The position numbers and the translations under genes were made by a program. Below are positions 61,758-64,000 of a DNA stretch of 64,000 nucleotides, piece by piece. The notes under the pieces were generated by a model that was not told the origin of the DNA, did not search any database, and worked only from the letters and a program-made list of their open reading frames with translations. Origin of the DNA: Antedon mediterranea (lineage: Eukaryota > Animalia > Echinodermata); assembly GCF_964355755.1 (NCBI RefSeq), contig NC_092672.1, forward strand, positions 4,712,001 through 4,776,000. Reading direction: 5' to 3'. The first letter of the stretch is position 1; every line of letters starts with the position of its first letter.

Positions 61758-64000
61758 TAACTGTCTCAGTTGCAGAGTATTCAGTTGCAGAGTATGTAAC
61801 TTCAGGTTGTCAGTTGTATCTTAAAGCACAAGCAATCAATTTCCGCACACTCGCACTCCGGAGCATGACATGCGAAGTTGCACCCACCACACTGTATATA
61901 AATAAAATCGAAAAGAATAAGACAAAGCTCTAGGCTAGATAACACACAATTAACCAAACAACACAAGCATTGTTTAAATAAAGACATTAACATTAAATAT
62001 TATTACAATATTTCCTATATTGTAGAGCAAATTAATTGTAGTAAAAATAATGTGTATATTAAAACGTGTACAAATGTCAAATAAGAGGTGAGTGCTGAGG
62101 TGGTTTTTGCATGAAAAAATAAGTAAGGTAAAACATCTTTACTTAATAAGAAAAACAAATTTGTGAATTTCGTGTGATACTTGAGTAAAAAATTTAAAAA
62201 CAAAAGTTACAAGCACGCAATAAGGAAATATAAATGAGAGTGCAATTAAAATTAATCTGTAAATGTGAGAGTTTCACATTAAGAGCAAACACATCAAGAT
62301 AAAAAGTAATTTTTATTATATAAGATAAATAACAAGATAAGCAATGCTATATGAAACAATACAAAAATATATCTAGAATAGAGAATGTGGGGTGGGGGGA
62401 GGGGAGGCAGTAGATAACAATTTACTTTGTGGTCAACAAGACAACAGTTGTGTATTGTCCAATTCATTTATTCAGGTGCTTTGTCAGACTTTATTCATTG
62501 ACTTAGGCAATTGGTCAATAAAAGTCACATGACACAAGATACTATGAAGCAACTGAGTTAATAGATAGCTGAACATGCTCAGTAACTACTCAATATTGTG
62601 ATAGCTTGCCATCACTACCCCCTATTTCGGAATTTACGTAGCAGCTGAAGCACAATTGGATAATTTCCATTTTTTAGTCTCTGCAATCGCTTTGTGCAAG
62701 ACACCATAACAGAATAACGCTTTGATAAAAAAAAGCGCTTTGGATGTCATGAAATAACCCTATTGTTTTGCCAGCAGAATCCCACAGCCTACAATTTACA
62801 TGCACAGTAGCAATATAAAACATTTTTTAGCAGAAAGTAAAGTAGATACAGACAATTAACCTTTACACAGAAACTTTGCAGTTAATAAGAAGAAAACAAA
62901 GAAAGTCAAATCAAATGTACTTTAATACTAAACAAAGACATAGCGGCATTCACAAAACAAAACAAGTATTTATGTCTTTAGTACTGACCAATACAAAATA
63001 CTGTTATAAATTATTCAGTATTACAAGGTAAAAAAATGAAAATCACAACTCTTACAAAACGGACACCATTCGGCTGGAAAAAATGTCAAGTTTTGGGAAA
63101 GTCTAGTTTTAAATTGTATTTTAAATAGTAATAACAACAATTTGAGACTTTTAAAGTTTTTAGAAAATATTTTTACAAAATGTTAATTTTGGAGACTAGA
63201 GTTTGCAACTTTCAGGGAGTCCGATTTCTGTAGAGTTTAATATACAGTTGAAATAAGAGTTATATTCACAATCACAAAATAATAAATATAAAGAGAATTT
63301 GTAACCCCAAAAGCAAAAAAAAAAAAAGGGGGTGGGGCGGATCCAGCAGTGGACACAAAGAGCACTTTACCTAAGTGCCCAACCCAAAAAACTTCGCTTC
63401 TCCTACAAATAGAAATGTTAAAAATAAAACCAATTTAAGTGCAAAGAAACTCAGGAAGAAACTCAGGAAATACAAGTTTTCCGCATTTCATACGTGTCCT
63501 GGACAGGATCCACCCATATTATAAAGCAATACATTGTACAATAATATCAACAAAACTGAGTAAAATCTGCAGTGCTGGTTATTATGCAGAGGTTAGTAAA
63601 AGCAAAAACAAGTTTAAAGAAATAGTAGATTCTTGATTTAGGTTGCAATTACACAAATTTGGTTTGTTTTGAATCATACCTGATTTTGGTTCTCTTTGCT
63701 AAAATTGAATCTGTGAAAATTGGCATGAATATGGCACAATAATGAAATAATCCACAACAATTAATGAAATGTTTTTAATTTAATACTAAAATGATAAATG
63801 ATAGCCATGGTTCTTTTATGCGCAACTGATAGACTAATGAACTATGGCTACCCTTATGATTATGGCATATAATGATGAAATCAAACTGAAATCATGTATG
63901 TTTCATATTGAAATGCCTGTTACAATTTCCTCTTAGCATGGTCTTTGTATAAAATATGTTTTTTCAAACTTTGGATTAATTTTCAAATTTATCATGTTTT

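Noticed and set aside
60700-64000. Possible long 3' UTR of a minus-strand gene beyond the window
   Set aside because: Only compositional hints; no coding exon could be identified.

Overview
AT-rich, intron-rich animal genomic DNA; an invertebrate deuterostome such as an echinoderm is plausible, but that is inference. Four spliced genes were reconstructed by hand from GT-AG boundaries, and each gives an in-frame product. (1) The last five exons of an SLC27/FATP very-long-chain acyl-CoA synthetase (+, to 6890). (2) A complete SEPT2-group septin (-, 12 exons, 364 aa). (3) A complete SART3/p110/Prp24 (-, 21 exons, 1018 aa). (4) A 21-exon, 1200-aa orphan membrane protein (-) with signal peptide, LRRNT, ~18 LRRs, CxxCPxG Cys-rich repeats and ~9 TM segments; its N-terminal two-exon LRR cassette is recently triplicated. 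Non-coding DNA holds two abundant palindromic MITE families, LINE 3' fragments, a 5S-derived SINE, a minimal hammerhead ribozyme, a TIR element carrying a tRNA-like Pol III unit, and a 4.4-kb 19-bp satellite that appears to have grown out of a Deu/Nin-type SINE core. About 30 TAGGCCTA motifs are present, and comparison of duplicated segments shows at least some are insertions at TA sites. Most short ORFs in the supplied track are artefacts of repeats or introns.
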